From positions 1,224 through 65,223 of the IMG/VR virus record IMGVR_UViG_3300034073_005177: a DNA stretch of 64,000 nucleotides; one strand, 5' to 3'. Position 1 is the first letter of the stretch. Every line of letters starts with the position of its first letter. The notes below the pieces were generated by a model. The model searched no databases. It was not told the origin of the DNA and was given only the letters and a program-made list of their open reading frames with translations. Shown piece after piece: positions 8,813 to 18,504 of the stretch. Both the position numbers and the translations under genes were made by a program. This DNA is from a virus. Lineage: Duplodnaviria > Caudoviricetes.

Positions 8813-11194
8813 TTAACCTTGCTTATATCTTTTTTGATATTTATTATTCATATCAATAAAATCTGTGCTACATTCATTTCCAAATGGTATCGGGTCTATA
8901 AATAATTTGCGATTAGGATCGCGGGGTTTGCTATATTCATCTACGTATCTATGCATTCCAATAACGCCCACTTGATTCCAGTTTATCCTCTCCATGCCGA
9001 CAGCTTGCATATACCTAGGAATATGTTCGCCTTGTAAGCAATTATGATAATTGCGTTGTGTCATCGTATAACTTATTTGATGTTTTTTCACTGCATCTGG
9101 ACCAGGTCTACCAATTATTAGTTCGCCTGATCCTTTTAACCCTATGTGGAAACCGTATATATCATATGGCGTTTGCATGTAATAAAAAGGCTCTCTATAG
9201 CCTTTGTTAGAAGACTTGCGACCAGCGGCTGTACCACCCATATTTTCTGGGATGTATTTTGGTGGCGTCATGTGAACCCAGTCTTTGTATTTTTCCTTCA
9301 TGTGCTCTTTAGCTTCTAGGTGTTTTAATAAGCGAGCGCTATGAGGTCCGTTTAAGACTTGATTCGTAAAATATGGATCAGGACCCAAATACGGACCTTG
9401 GAGACCTGCCCGACCAGCGCTGGTTATTACTGGCGCTTGGGTATTGGGGTTTTTCGGATCAGGCGGGGCTTGTTGTTCGGATCCCAACATCGCTAAACAG
9501 CATGTTAACCATTCTTCATAATAAAATAATTGCTCCATTACATCCATGCCACGTAAGTTTTTTTGTAGCGAATATGGATCTAATACGGGTGAATTGTTAA
9601 ATTGCTCCATAGTCATCGAGGACACTGGTTTCATCGGCACCGAGTTTTTTGCTGCCCAAATTAGCGCATCGGAGGGTGTACCATCACCTGCATATTGTTT
9701 TGAATTGTTTTCGTTAGCAGTACCAGGATCGCAAGCTGTTTCGTGCCAAAACACCATCAAAAATGCCAATCCTCTATGATTAGCATCTGCAAATTCATTC
9801 GCATCGCCAGGCGAGATAAATGTTTCGCCTAATTCTTTCAGTTTTCTATAAAATTCGCTTTTCATTCCCTTGCCACGCGGGAAGCGCTGTGCGACGAACG
9901 GTCGAAACATTGGAATGTTATCACCGTCTAATTCGACTCCAGCAACAGCATAACCGCCCATGTTTATGGCTTCAGCCTCGGCCTCTTGTTCTATGTTTAA
10001 TTTAGCGGGTTTGACGTCTTTATAATTTAAGTTATATTCTAGAACCGGATCTGGCGTTATCAAACCCATCTTATTTACAAAGCCTTCGGGATGAGAACCG
10101 AACAATACTCCTATGGCAGCTAAACATAATGGTTTCGTTAACGCACGTTTTAAAGCTTCATAATTAGCTATGTTAGTTATCGCGTTGTCTGCTGCGGGTT
10201 CGGGTAAGTTTTTATCTAATGATTGTTTAGCTTTTTGAAATATTGGAATTAAACCCGGACCCGGCATTTCTTGACCAACTGGGGGTTTCGTACTGGGCGC
10301 TATGCCCAACAAACCGATTGGTACGAAATACGCGGTGGGGTTTTCTAATATCGCGTTCACTAAATCATCATAAGATTTTACTATTGCTTCGAACAATAAT
10401 TCTTGTTTATTTTTTAAAGAAAGTTCGCTATCTCCATAATCTAGATTAGGAAATTCATCACTTGCTAAATCTGGGATAAATTCGCTCGCTTGTCTTTTCG
10501 TATATTGTGGTATAGTCCCCAATTTCGCCATTCCCGCCTCAAATTGTGCGGCCTTTGCATCCTCGGGCGGATTTTGTCCAGTGGGTGGATAAATTATTTG
10601 AAATTGCGAAGCTAGAGCACTTTTACCAGTTAGTCCAGGCTGGATGAAATAAGCTGCTAGCGCCGCAGCGTCCATTTCAGGTTTTTTTGCTTGGGCGGAT
10701 TGTGGCATTAAAGAATGAACGAAATATGGATCGTGAATCGGTCCTGGTTCTGGCGGGGCTGGCGGAGGTTTTGTTATGAAATTTTGTTTATAGTTACTTG
10801 CGCAGCTTGGAAAATGATTTAATATTCGCAAGCAAGAAGCGTATATCCCGTCGATCCAATTTACATAAAATGTTGGAAACTCAAACCTATTTCTTATGTC
10901 GTTCCCTTGGGGTATATACGCATAATCTTCGTTACTAGGTGTTTTTTCTTTAATTACGTCGTCTCGGTGTTTAAAAAAAATTTCTGCGGCGCCGCCCTTT
11001 ACTTCTTCTTGATCGTTTAAATAACCAGCATGAACCATTATGCCTGGTTTAGTCGGTGGGTTTTTAGGCGCATCCTCTGTGTTGTTGGAGTCGTTCGATT
11101 TGTTTTCTTTATCGTCTGGCTGACCATTTTGGTCAGCGTCTTTATTTTTTTCAATCTCTTGTTGATTGGGGTTATTTTCTTCACCTGGTGGCAT
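8813..11194 (-). CDS. Baseplate-associated protein with possible lysozyme/transglycosylase-like domain
   Basis: Pro-rich N-terminus. FYRKLKELG...FLMVFWHETACDPGTAN...LRGMDVMEQLFYYEEWL resembles phage lysozyme-like domains. Lies between the gp5-like and gp25-like genes. Confidence 0.45.
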   Translation of the reverse strand: MPPGEENNPNQQEIEKNKDADQNGQPDDKENKSNDSNNTEDAPKNPPTKPGIMVHAGYLNDQEEVKGGAAEIFFKHRDDVIKEKTPSNEDYAYIPQGNDIRNRFEFPTFYVNWIDGIYASCLRILNHFPSCASNYKQNFITKPPPAPPEPGPIHDPYFVHSLMPQSAQAKKPEMDAAALAAYFIQPGLTGKSALASQFQIIYPPTGQNPPEDAKAAQFEAGMAKLGTIPQYTKRQASEFIPDLASDEFPNLDYGDSELSLKNKQELLFEAIVKSYDDLVNAILENPTAYFVPIGLLGIAPSTKPPVGQEMPGPGLIPIFQKAKQSLDKNLPEPAADNAITNIANYEALKRALTKPLCLAAIGVLFGSHPEGFVNKMGLITPDPVLEYNLNYKDVKPAKLNIEQEAEAEAINMGGYAVAGVELDGDNIPMFRPFVAQRFPRGKGMKSEFYRKLKELGETFISPGDANEFADANHRGLAFLMVFWHETACDPGTANENNSKQYAGDGTPSDALIWAAKNSVPMKPVSSMTMEQFNNSPVLDPYSLQKNLRGMDVMEQLFYYEEWLTCCLAMLGSEQQAPPDPKNPNTQAPVITSAGRAGLQGPYLGPDPYFTNQVLNGPHSARLLKHLEAKEHMKEKYKDWVHMTPPKYIPENMGGTAAGRKSSNKGYREPFYYMQTPYDIYGFHIGLKGSGELIIGRPGPDAVKKHQISYTMTQRNYHNCLQGEHIPRYMQAVGMERINWNQVGVIGMHRYVDEYSKPRDPNRKLFIDPIPFGNECSTDFIDMNNKYQKRYKQG

Positions 11195-11195
11195 A

Positions 11196-12788
11196 TCACT
11201 TCACCAATATTTTTGTTGCAAAGGTGCCTTGTTTGGGCTTACCTGTTCCAATTAAGTCTGCTCCTGTACTAATTATACCTGGTACGAACGAAACCTTTCC
11301 TTCATTGACGACAGGTTTACCGGCAGCACCAGGTGCAAGATTATCTGTACAAAGTATAGCTTTGTCTGCATCTTCGCCACCAAGTTTGATTAAGCCTTGT
11401 TCGGATGGCGTAAAAACGATGTCACCATTTGATTTGATAGTTATCGATGCCCACTTAGCGAAGCTTGTTTCTTCTTGCTTAAAGATATTGCCTGTTCTAT
11501 TGTCTACGTTCTCGTTCCAATTGGTAACAATAAAAGAAATATCTGAACGAGCTATCAATCTAATTTTATCAGACTTTATAACGATAGCTGCATCTCCAGT
11601 TGAAGAATCAGTTATACCGCTGGGCGCTTCTGGTATGCTGGTAAAATAATCTGATAATTTAAAGTTTTTATCTACTAAGGTTTTTTGAGAAATCTGTATT
11701 CTGCTTCTATCGTTTACTAAATCTGGATCGCCTTCATCTATGGCGGGATTTAATTTATCTTGTTCTTTTCTTATTATAGACGCCGGGTTTTTAATTTCAG
11801 TGATTTCTATTGGATTTCCACCCGTATTTTCAGAATACCCGCGACCGACGACCATATCGATCATTCCTGCCTCGGTTTGAAAATCAGTAACAGGCCACTT
11901 TGGTGATAAACCCGTAGAAACAGAATCTGTGGTCGAAATTTTTACTAACGCGCCGGCGTTGTATTCACCGAGTTTTGATGTTCTATCCGTGCCTAAAACG
12001 ATTAATGAATTATTACTTCCTTCCAAAACAACGTCGCCAGGTCGTTTATGAAATCTTGGTACTTGTTCGTATGCACAAATTTTCGATGCATCAGTTTGAG
12101 TTACTAATTTTTCAAAAACAAATTGATCATCGCTTGGTATAAATTTAGTTAAAGGATCGGTTCCTATTATAACATTACCCTTTTCGTCTTTATAGTCGTT
12201 TTTACTTCCCTTAACAAGAACAGTGGCGCCATTTTGCATTTGATAAGGAATCTTTATATCTCCTGCAACCTTTGGTGCAGTCGGTTGTCTTAATGCCAAT
12301 GGTGCGTGTGTATGATTAACATCTTCTATGAAATATGGTTGAACTACGCTACACATCCAGTAAGCTATTTTATTACCACCTGCATATGGATCCTCGTACA
12401 TTCCCCAAACTAATTCCCCAGGCTTACAAGGCAAGGCAATGTGCGAAGGAAAAAATGGCACCATCAACATAGGAACCGACAACCTTGTGTGTCCATCAAG
12501 TTTTTTTTGGGCAATTATAGAATTGCGTGGCGGTACCCGTGGAAAGTTTTTTTCCTCAGATTCCTTTGGAGAATTTAAAAAATTAAATGACCAACTCGTA
12601 TTAATTTTTAATACTTTTTGCCAATAATCAATTTTTTGTTCTGTGATTTTTTTGGGATCAGAAATTACTTCAAGGACAATGGCTTGGAAAAAATGAGAAC
12701 GATTTATGTCGGTTGCTGTCTTGATTTTTGCAGAACCAACGATCGAGTTTCCTTCAGCAAGATCTTTGAGCATTCTATAATCAGGCAT
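11196..12788 (-). CDS. Baseplate hub/spike protein (gp5-like N-terminal OB fold)
   Basis: PFFPSHIALPCKPGELVW and RPGDVVLEGSNNSLIVLG motifs, beta-rich C-terminus, position upstream of gp25/gp6. Confidence 0.6.
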   Translation of the reverse strand: MPDYRMLKDLAEGNSIVGSAKIKTATDINRSHFFQAIVLEVISDPKKITEQKIDYWQKVLKINTSWSFNFLNSPKESEEKNFPRVPPRNSIIAQKKLDGHTRLSVPMLMVPFFPSHIALPCKPGELVWGMYEDPYAGGNKIAYWMCSVVQPYFIEDVNHTHAPLALRQPTAPKVAGDIKIPYQMQNGATVLVKGSKNDYKDEKGNVIIGTDPLTKFIPSDDQFVFEKLVTQTDASKICAYEQVPRFHKRPGDVVLEGSNNSLIVLGTDRTSKLGEYNAGALVKISTTDSVSTGLSPKWPVTDFQTEAGMIDMVVGRGYSENTGGNPIEITEIKNPASIIRKEQDKLNPAIDEGDPDLVNDRSRIQISQKTLVDKNFKLSDYFTSIPEAPSGITDSSTGDAAIVIKSDKIRLIARSDISFIVTNWNENVDNRTGNIFKQEETSFAKWASITIKSNGDIVFTPSEQGLIKLGGEDADKAILCTDNLAPGAAGKPVVNEGKVSFVPGIISTGADLIGTGKPKQGTFATKILVK

Positions 12789-13149
12789 TGTTTATCCTTT
12801 TAAACATTTCTTCTGGATCTATTTCGTCGTTCACTTTTTCGGCTTTTGAAACTAATTCTGCTAATCTAATGAGTTGATCATTAGCCTTACTCATCTTTTC
12901 TATGTACGATGCTAAAGATTTTCCGTGGACTGCATGTTCAGTACTTTTATCTTCTACTATTCTTACTAATTTTACGAATAGAGAATAGGCGTTTTGCCTA
13001 TCGTATATCGCATTTTCATAAATTTCTTTCCAGAGTTTTTTCTTTTTATCAGATAGGCCCTCTATTTGATCCAACAGGGTAGAGAAGTCTCTTACCTTTT
13101 CTTCTAGTTTTATTTCAGAATCTTCGAGAGTAGTTTGCATATCAACCAT
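12781..13149 (-). CDS. Hypothetical helical phage protein
   Basis: 122 aa, overlaps both neighbours by 8 nt. Confidence 0.65.
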   Translation of the reverse strand: MVDMQTTLEDSEIKLEEKVRDFSTLLDQIEGLSDKKKKLWKEIYENAIYDRQNAYSLFVKLVRIVEDKSTEHAVHGKSLASYIEKMSKANDQLIRLAELVSKAEKVNDEIDPEEMFKRINNA

Positions 13150-13864
13150 TTTTTTGATGTTCTATTTTAATCTTTCTATAGTGTTTTTTTATTACCTGCA
13201 TCGTAGTCGTGAGTTGTTTTGGACTCAACCCAGACAATTCGCGCATATACAAAAGAATAGCGTTTTTATTTAACAGATCAATATCATCTATATTTTCAAA
13301 TATAGTGATAATAGAATTTATGCACATTAATTCATTTTCTGTTTTAGCGACATTTCTTATGTCGTATAAAATACTGGTTATGTTTTCGCTAGATAACATG
13401 CTGTCAAAAAATACGTCTTGCGATGGTAACATGTTATGCTCATCAACAATATTTTTTTCGTGAGTAGACAACATGCTCGGATCATCAAGAGAAATATTCT
13501 TTTTAGATTTTTGAGATTTTTGTTTGGTTTTTATGATCAACCAATTTTTTGCGACGACGTTAAAATAAGAAAAGGCATTAGTTCCTCGATCCGCGTCGAA
13601 TTTACAAATCGTTTCAAATAAAAAATTGACGCAATCATTTTTTAAATCATCATACGAATCATACAACCCAGCAAATTTATGAATATTAATTAAATTTTCA
13701 ACAAGCTTTTCAAAAGCTGGCATTATCTCTTGAACGTAAAGGCGATCTCTTTCCTTTTTCTCTTTGCAAGCCTGAAATTCAACGATAGCTTTTTGCGTAT
13801 CGGAATTAAAATACATTTTTAAAGGATCTATCTTTTTTGTTTTTTCTTTTTTCTCTTGTGTCAT
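13142..13864 (-). CDS. Late-transcription sigma factor (T4 gp55-like)
   Basis: KLVENLINIHKF...DDLKNDCVNFLFETICKFDADRGTNAFSYFNVVAKN is a sigma region 2 of the gp55 type; no canonical region 4.2. Confidence 0.8.
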   Translation of the reverse strand: MTQEKKEKTKKIDPLKMYFNSDTQKAIVEFQACKEKKERDRLYVQEIMPAFEKLVENLINIHKFAGLYDSYDDLKNDCVNFLFETICKFDADRGTNAFSYFNVVAKNWLIIKTKQKSQKSKKNISLDDPSMLSTHEKNIVDEHNMLPSQDVFFDSMLSSENITSILYDIRNVAKTENELMCINSIITIFENIDDIDLLNKNAILLYMRELSGLSPKQLTTTMQVIKKHYRKIKIEHQKNG

Positions 13865-13876
13865 TTAAAATTCTTC

Positions 13877-14206
13877 CTAGGCAATATTTTCGCCTTCTGT
13901 TTTTTGCATAGTTTCGATAGCATCCTTTTCCCCTGTCAAATTTTCGATAATAGAAACAACGGCATGGCGAGCATCTTTCATGTCATTAACCAAATCTTTT
14001 ACAGTGGGGTCATCAGAAAAAAGCTCTAATTTTGTTTTTTTATCTATTTTTTTAGCGCACACGTCCAGCTCTAATAACGCTTGTTCTAAAGTTGTTAATA
14101 CATCTTCTTGTTGTTGCAAAAATTCTAGATTTTTTTTAATACTAAAATATAGCAACGTCGAAGTTGATGCAAGCAATAATCCCAATAAAATACAAACAAA
14201 TATCAT
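13877..14206 (-). CDS. Membrane-anchored coiled-coil protein
   Basis: Hydrophobic N-terminal helix (MIFVCILLGLLLASTSTLLYFSI) followed by heptad-like sequence. Confidence 0.65.
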   Translation of the reverse strand: MIFVCILLGLLLASTSTLLYFSIKKNLEFLQQQEDVLTTLEQALLELDVCAKKIDKKTKLELFSDDPTVKDLVNDMKDARHAVVSIIENLTGEKDAIETMQKTEGENIA

Positions 14207-15381
14207 AAAAATTCTTTTGTTGCTTCGTCGTATAGTTTTTTAATAGCTTCTAAGCTATATCTTTCAACTATAGTCGTTTTTAGTTCTGTTGCCCAATCCT
14301 TCGGTACTGAAGAAGATGATCTAAATTTTGACAATTTTTTCTTTACGTCGGATTCGATTAGTTCTGCCCATTTCATGTGTGGAAGAAAAATCTTCCCGTC
14401 TATTCTTGATGCATGAACTTCTTTTAGATTATATGACAAGCTAATAAACTTTCCTAAATTTAAAAAGTCAGTATGACCAGACCAACCTGTTGCAATTACA
14501 GGTAGACCCGAGGCCGCTGCTTCTAGTATTGGTAATCCATAACCTTCGCCACGTGTTAATGTAACTAACGCCTTGATTTGTTCGTGGCGATAAAGAGCAG
14601 CTACTTCATGATTAGACATTTCTCCATGAAGCAAGTGAACTTTAGGAAATTCACCTTTTCTACATTCTTTCACTAACATCTTCATCAATTGTGAAGTTCT
14701 ATTTTTGTCTATTAGCGTATTTCTACCGGCATTCGTCTTAATAACAATCCCCACATCTTTATCGTCTTTAAAAGTTTCACAAAGCCATTTAACGGTAAAG
14801 AAAATATTTTTTCTATCGTTAAACGGATTGTCTCCGGTAATTTGACCGAACAACAAAAAATTAAAATTAGTAGAAAATTTTGGCAATTGCGGTAATGCTT
14901 CTGACGGTAACAATAATTCGTCGCTAAAAGACTCGGGAATTACTACAACTGGTTTTTGTAAATTCTTGTGTTTCGTTAAAGTTGCAGCGGCATGAGTCGA
15001 TGGAACAATGATCAGATCCATTTTGTTACAATAATCGATCCACTCTGGATTGCAAATATCTGTTTCTACGGAAGCTGTCATTCCGACATTAAACTTTGCA
15101 ATAGAGGTATCCCACTCGTTAGGTAGTTGTAATTGAAACGACACGTCGAATTTGTTTTCTGGTTTAACCACTATATCGCTCGTGTTTTTTATTATTTTGT
15201 CGATCAAACCATCGTGTCTATTTTTATCTAAAATCCATGGCGTGTCTCCCCATGGTAAAACTTGAAATTTAACGTCTAAATTAGACTTCGACAATAACCA
15301 TGCTGCGACTTGCCTACAATGAACGCCATAACCTGATTGAGTTAATGCTGGGCCTCTTACAATGACTCTTTTTTTCATCAT
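14203..15381 (-). CDS. Glycosyltransferase, GT-B (GT4-like)
   Basis: SGYG N-terminal loop; TRGEGYGLPILEAAASGLPVIAT. Start refined to ATG 15381 (overlaps the upstream TGA, GAGGAG upstream); the track gives 15402. Confidence 0.9.
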   Translation of the reverse strand: MMKKRVIVRGPALTQSGYGVHCRQVAAWLLSKSNLDVKFQVLPWGDTPWILDKNRHDGLIDKIIKNTSDIVVKPENKFDVSFQLQLPNEWDTSIAKFNVGMTASVETDICNPEWIDYCNKMDLIIVPSTHAAATLTKHKNLQKPVVVIPESFSDELLLPSEALPQLPKFSTNFNFLLFGQITGDNPFNDRKNIFFTVKWLCETFKDDKDVGIVIKTNAGRNTLIDKNRTSQLMKMLVKECRKGEFPKVHLLHGEMSNHEVAALYRHEQIKALVTLTRGEGYGLPILEAAASGLPVIATGWSGHTDFLNLGKFISLSYNLKEVHASRIDGKIFLPHMKWAELIESDVKKKLSKFRSSSSVPKDWATELKTTIVERYSLEAIKKLYDEATKEFL

Positions 15382-16631
15382 CAAATCTCCTCGCAAGTCC
15401 AAAGTTTATATTTGTTCGTTTTCCAGTCATCGATTGTTTTAGATAAAGTCATATCCCAATCTTTGATCATGTTTTCAATGTCATAATCTTTGTGCGCATG
15501 AGCCATTGCTTTTAAACCCAGTTCGTGCCTTGCTTCGGGACCCATATCGTACATTCTCATGAATGCATTCGCTAAAGATTTATGAGAAATTAAATCTTCA
15601 TAAATGTAAGGAACCATCTGGTTTCCAACTAAAGATCTTACTTCCGGATCTAATCCTATTCCAAATTGTTCGCCTGTTTCTAGGTCTTCAACTTGACGAG
15701 TTAATCCACCCGTCTTTATAGTAATAATCGGTTTGCCACACATCATCGATTCGAGAGTCGGAAGACCGAAGCCTTCATTAGAACTACGATTAACGATCGT
15801 ATCAAAAGAATTATAAAGAAGAGACATGTCTTCAAATCCTATTCTGCTTTTTGAAAAGCAAACGTTGTTGACAACGTTCATTGTTTCTACAACGTGATAA
15901 AGATTAGGACCCTCAGGGTCTAGCGGTTCAGTATGCATAACGAGTGTCGCTTTTCGATGACCGTGTTTCTCTTCTAGTTCATCAAGAAACATCTTCCACG
16001 ATACGACGATATCGCTCGGCATTTTGCGGCGAGCATTTCTTGAAACATATCCAACGACGAAATGATCTAAACGCGACTCGCCCAACAGGTTTTTCTTAAA
16101 CTTTAAAACATCTTCTTTAGGTAGAGGTTTATACAAGTCTTTTGGCACGGCATGTGGAATATAGTTAGTGCGTTCTGGGAATCTCTCCTTAACCATCTTA
16201 TACGTCGGCCAGTTTATGCAATTAACGAGGTCAGTTGACTCATATAAAACTCTATTAAATTCGGGCCATGGATCATTATCCCACAAATGCCAATATGTTA
16301 TAGGGCAAATCTGACGTATTTCGTCTGCCATTTCCCAAACCCAAATAAAGAATCTTGGATCGGTAAAAAGAAGAAGAGCATCTGGACGTAATTGAACTAA
16401 CGTTTGCCTTAACAGATTTCTGTCGCCGAATCCATCTGTAGGTTTAATAATGAAATCCGGATTTACGACAGTATTCTCATAATTATCGTGTCTAATAGCT
16501 CCACCGAAACATCTAAAACTATAATTGCCCGTATTGACCAAACCATTAATTAGCCATCTAGCTTGAGTCCCGACGCCAGAAGTAGACAACGGATGATCGC
16601 ATAACATTAGTATCGTCTTCTTATTACCCAT
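15381..16631 (-). CDS. Glycosyltransferase, GT-B (GT4-like)
   Basis: RNARRK and SSNEGFGLPTLESMMCGKPII motifs. Confidence 0.9.
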   Translation of the reverse strand: MGNKKTILMLCDHPLSTSGVGTQARWLINGLVNTGNYSFRCFGGAIRHDNYENTVVNPDFIIKPTDGFGDRNLLRQTLVQLRPDALLLFTDPRFFIWVWEMADEIRQICPITYWHLWDNDPWPEFNRVLYESTDLVNCINWPTYKMVKERFPERTNYIPHAVPKDLYKPLPKEDVLKFKKNLLGESRLDHFVVGYVSRNARRKMPSDIVVSWKMFLDELEEKHGHRKATLVMHTEPLDPEGPNLYHVVETMNVVNNVCFSKSRIGFEDMSLLYNSFDTIVNRSSNEGFGLPTLESMMCGKPIITIKTGGLTRQVEDLETGEQFGIGLDPEVRSLVGNQMVPYIYEDLISHKSLANAFMRMYDMGPEARHELGLKAMAHAHKDYDIENMIKDWDMTLSKTIDDWKTNKYKLWTCEEI

Positions 16632-16684
16632 TTCGCTTCTTTCTTTTTGTCTATCGTAATAATTTTTTTATATTTGTAATCTTT

Positions 16685-17503
16685 TTAGGTACAATTTTCA
16701 GTGTCTTTATATTCGCACCAAGTGCAAGAATCTCTGTTTTTTAATGCGATACCTCTTTTCACAGAAGTAATCATATTACTAACGACCTTTAAAGATCTTT
16801 TGATCGGTACTTCTCCAAGCGATACAGAGAATAATTCGCAATGTTCTCCTGGCTTCGCAGACTTCTTCAAAAGAACGAATCCACAACGGACATCCTTCAT
16901 CGAAACTTGTGGATTTTTTTGACACCAATAATTTTTGTAGAGAGCTAACTGAGCTTTGACCATATCGTCGGATCTTTTTTCGCGGAACCAACCTCTCGCG
17001 GTCGTTTTCCAGTCAAGAATCCAATAAATAGTTTCACCACGCTTACCTTTCGCTTTAATGACGCCATCGATGAATCCCTTAAAGGCGTGAGGATGGTTAT
17101 CAACTGCTTCGTAAAGTTGATGCTCGGCGTCTACAACTTCCCATTCAGGAAAAGTTTCATCAATAAACTTTGGAACTTCGGCAAGAATAATCGCTGCATC
17201 AGACTTTGCCTTTTCTAAAGACTCTTTTGTAAAATCAGGTGAATCCTTTTTGGCTTCCCAAGCACTTTCTAAATGTTCGTAAGCAATTCTCGGATCCATC
17301 ACGCGAGTTAGCAAATATTGCTCGCAAGATGCATGAACTGCAGTGCCGAAATCTAAAACAGGCGATGGTTTGGAAAGATCAATCTTTTTTACGTGGAAAA
17401 GATGGTGTCTATAAGAACATTCTTTCCAGAGCTTTACTTCGGAAAATGAAACGTGAGGTTTTCCAGTGGGCAAAAGCTCAAAATTAACTTGTGTTTCTTG
17501 CAT
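16685..17503 (-). CDS. PD-(D/E)XK nuclease, Cas4/RecB/AddB-like, with Fe-S cysteines
   Basis: SFSEVKLWKEC, FGTAVH, KGFIDG, ILDWKT, QLALY, CTWCEYKDTENC. Start refined to ATG 17503; the track uses GTG 17530. Confidence 0.85.
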   Translation of the reverse strand: MQETQVNFELLPTGKPHVSFSEVKLWKECSYRHHLFHVKKIDLSKPSPVLDFGTAVHASCEQYLLTRVMDPRIAYEHLESAWEAKKDSPDFTKESLEKAKSDAAIILAEVPKFIDETFPEWEVVDAEHQLYEAVDNHPHAFKGFIDGVIKAKGKRGETIYWILDWKTTARGWFREKRSDDMVKAQLALYKNYWCQKNPQVSMKDVRCGFVLLKKSAKPGEHCELFSVSLGEVPIKRSLKVVSNMITSVKRGIALKNRDSCTWCEYKDTENCT

Positions 17504-17509
17504 TATTAA

Positions 17510-17539
17510 ACTATAATGCAAGATAGTCACTTAGTTCAA
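17510..17539 (-). promoter_or_regulatory. Sigma70-like promoter TTGAAC-N18-TATAGT, 6 nt before ATG
   Basis: Read directly on the minus strand upstream of ATG 17503. Confidence 0.45.
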
Positions 17540-18504
17540 GAATCTACTTTCTTTGAAATAGCGCGACCGACTAATTTTAACCAATCCTTTTGAGGACGAA
17601 CTTCTAAATTTTTATTCCACGCTGCAGACATGACTTTTGGATCGACGCCTAACGTTTTTGCAATTGAGATAAGGGCATTAATGTCTTTACAAAAACAGCT
17701 TCCACCAAAACCGAATGCGGGTTCTCCAGTGTCGTCTGCTGGCATTGGACCTGGGACTTTCCAATGAGAGTTACCTAGACGTTTGTCTAATGTTGCATAC
17801 TCGACTACCTTATCATAATCGATATTTGCGCCTTGACTGTCTAAGGCCTGACAAATTTGATAGAATTCATTTGCAAGAGATACCTTGACCGCAAGGTGTA
17901 CATTGGTCACATATTTGACCATCTCTGCTGTCGTGCTAGATGTCTTAATGATTGGTACATTTGGAAACGCAGCTTCAAAGACTTGCTTCACTTTATTGAT
18001 CCACGGACGAGGTCCACCAAGGATAATGCGGTTTTGATTTCGCATATCGTCCAGCGCATTTGCTTCAGTCAAAAATTCTGGATTGAATACTACGCGTAGA
18101 CCTGTCTCTGAGAACTTTTTGTTCCACGCCTCTACAGAACCAGGCGGGACCGTAGATTTGACAACCGCGATTCTTTCTCCGGGAATAGCGGCTAATTCAG
18201 AGAGCGCGTCGTCGACGATTGAAAGATCAGCAGAACCATCATCATACATGGGCGTAGGAAGACACACAAAATAAACTTTAGAAAAGTTTGGTGTTCCTCC
18301 ACCTTCATTATCTCCAATTAATTCTGCGATGGATCCTGGGTAACCGGCGACTGAATCTCCATGAGATGGTAGCGCACCTTTGGCATACTTGCCTGCCTTG
18401 TCGTATGCATAGACTCCAAAACCTCTTTCGGCAAAAACAGTCGTTAGTGAACCGCCGACGAATCCTTGTCCAATTACAGCAATAGATTTCATAGTTTTAT
18501 GCAA
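17536..18504 (-). CDS. ugd: UDP-glucose/GDP-mannose 6-dehydrogenase, short form
   Basis: GQGFVG, CLPTP, KSTVPPG, NPEFL, EMVKY, GFGGSCFCKD. Lacks the C-terminal domain. Probable ATG at 18492. Confidence 0.9.
   Translation of the reverse strand: MHKTMKSIAVIGQGFVGGSLTTVFAERGFGVYAYDKAGKYAKGALPSHGDSVAGYPGSIAELIGDNEGGGTPNFSKVYFVCLPTPMYDDGSADLSIVDDALSELAAIPGERIAVVKSTVPPGSVEAWNKKFSETGLRVVFNPEFLTEANALDDMRNQNRIILGGPRPWINKVKQVFEAAFPNVPIIKTSSTTAEMVKYVTNVHLAVKVSLANEFYQICQALDSQGANIDYDKVVEYATLDKRLGNSHWKVPGPMPADDTGEPAFGFGGSCFCKDINALISIAKTLGVDPKVMSAAWNKNLEVRPQKDWLKLVGRAISKKVDS

Noticed and set aside
16685-17503. CRISPR-Cas locus suggested by the Cas4-like gene
   Set aside because: No repeat-spacer array and no other cas genes; solo Cas4-like nucleases are common in phages.
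17536-18504. ugd pseudogene (short length)
   Set aside because: Catalytic Cys and Lys and the NAD motifs are intact and the ORF ends cleanly; treated as a short form.
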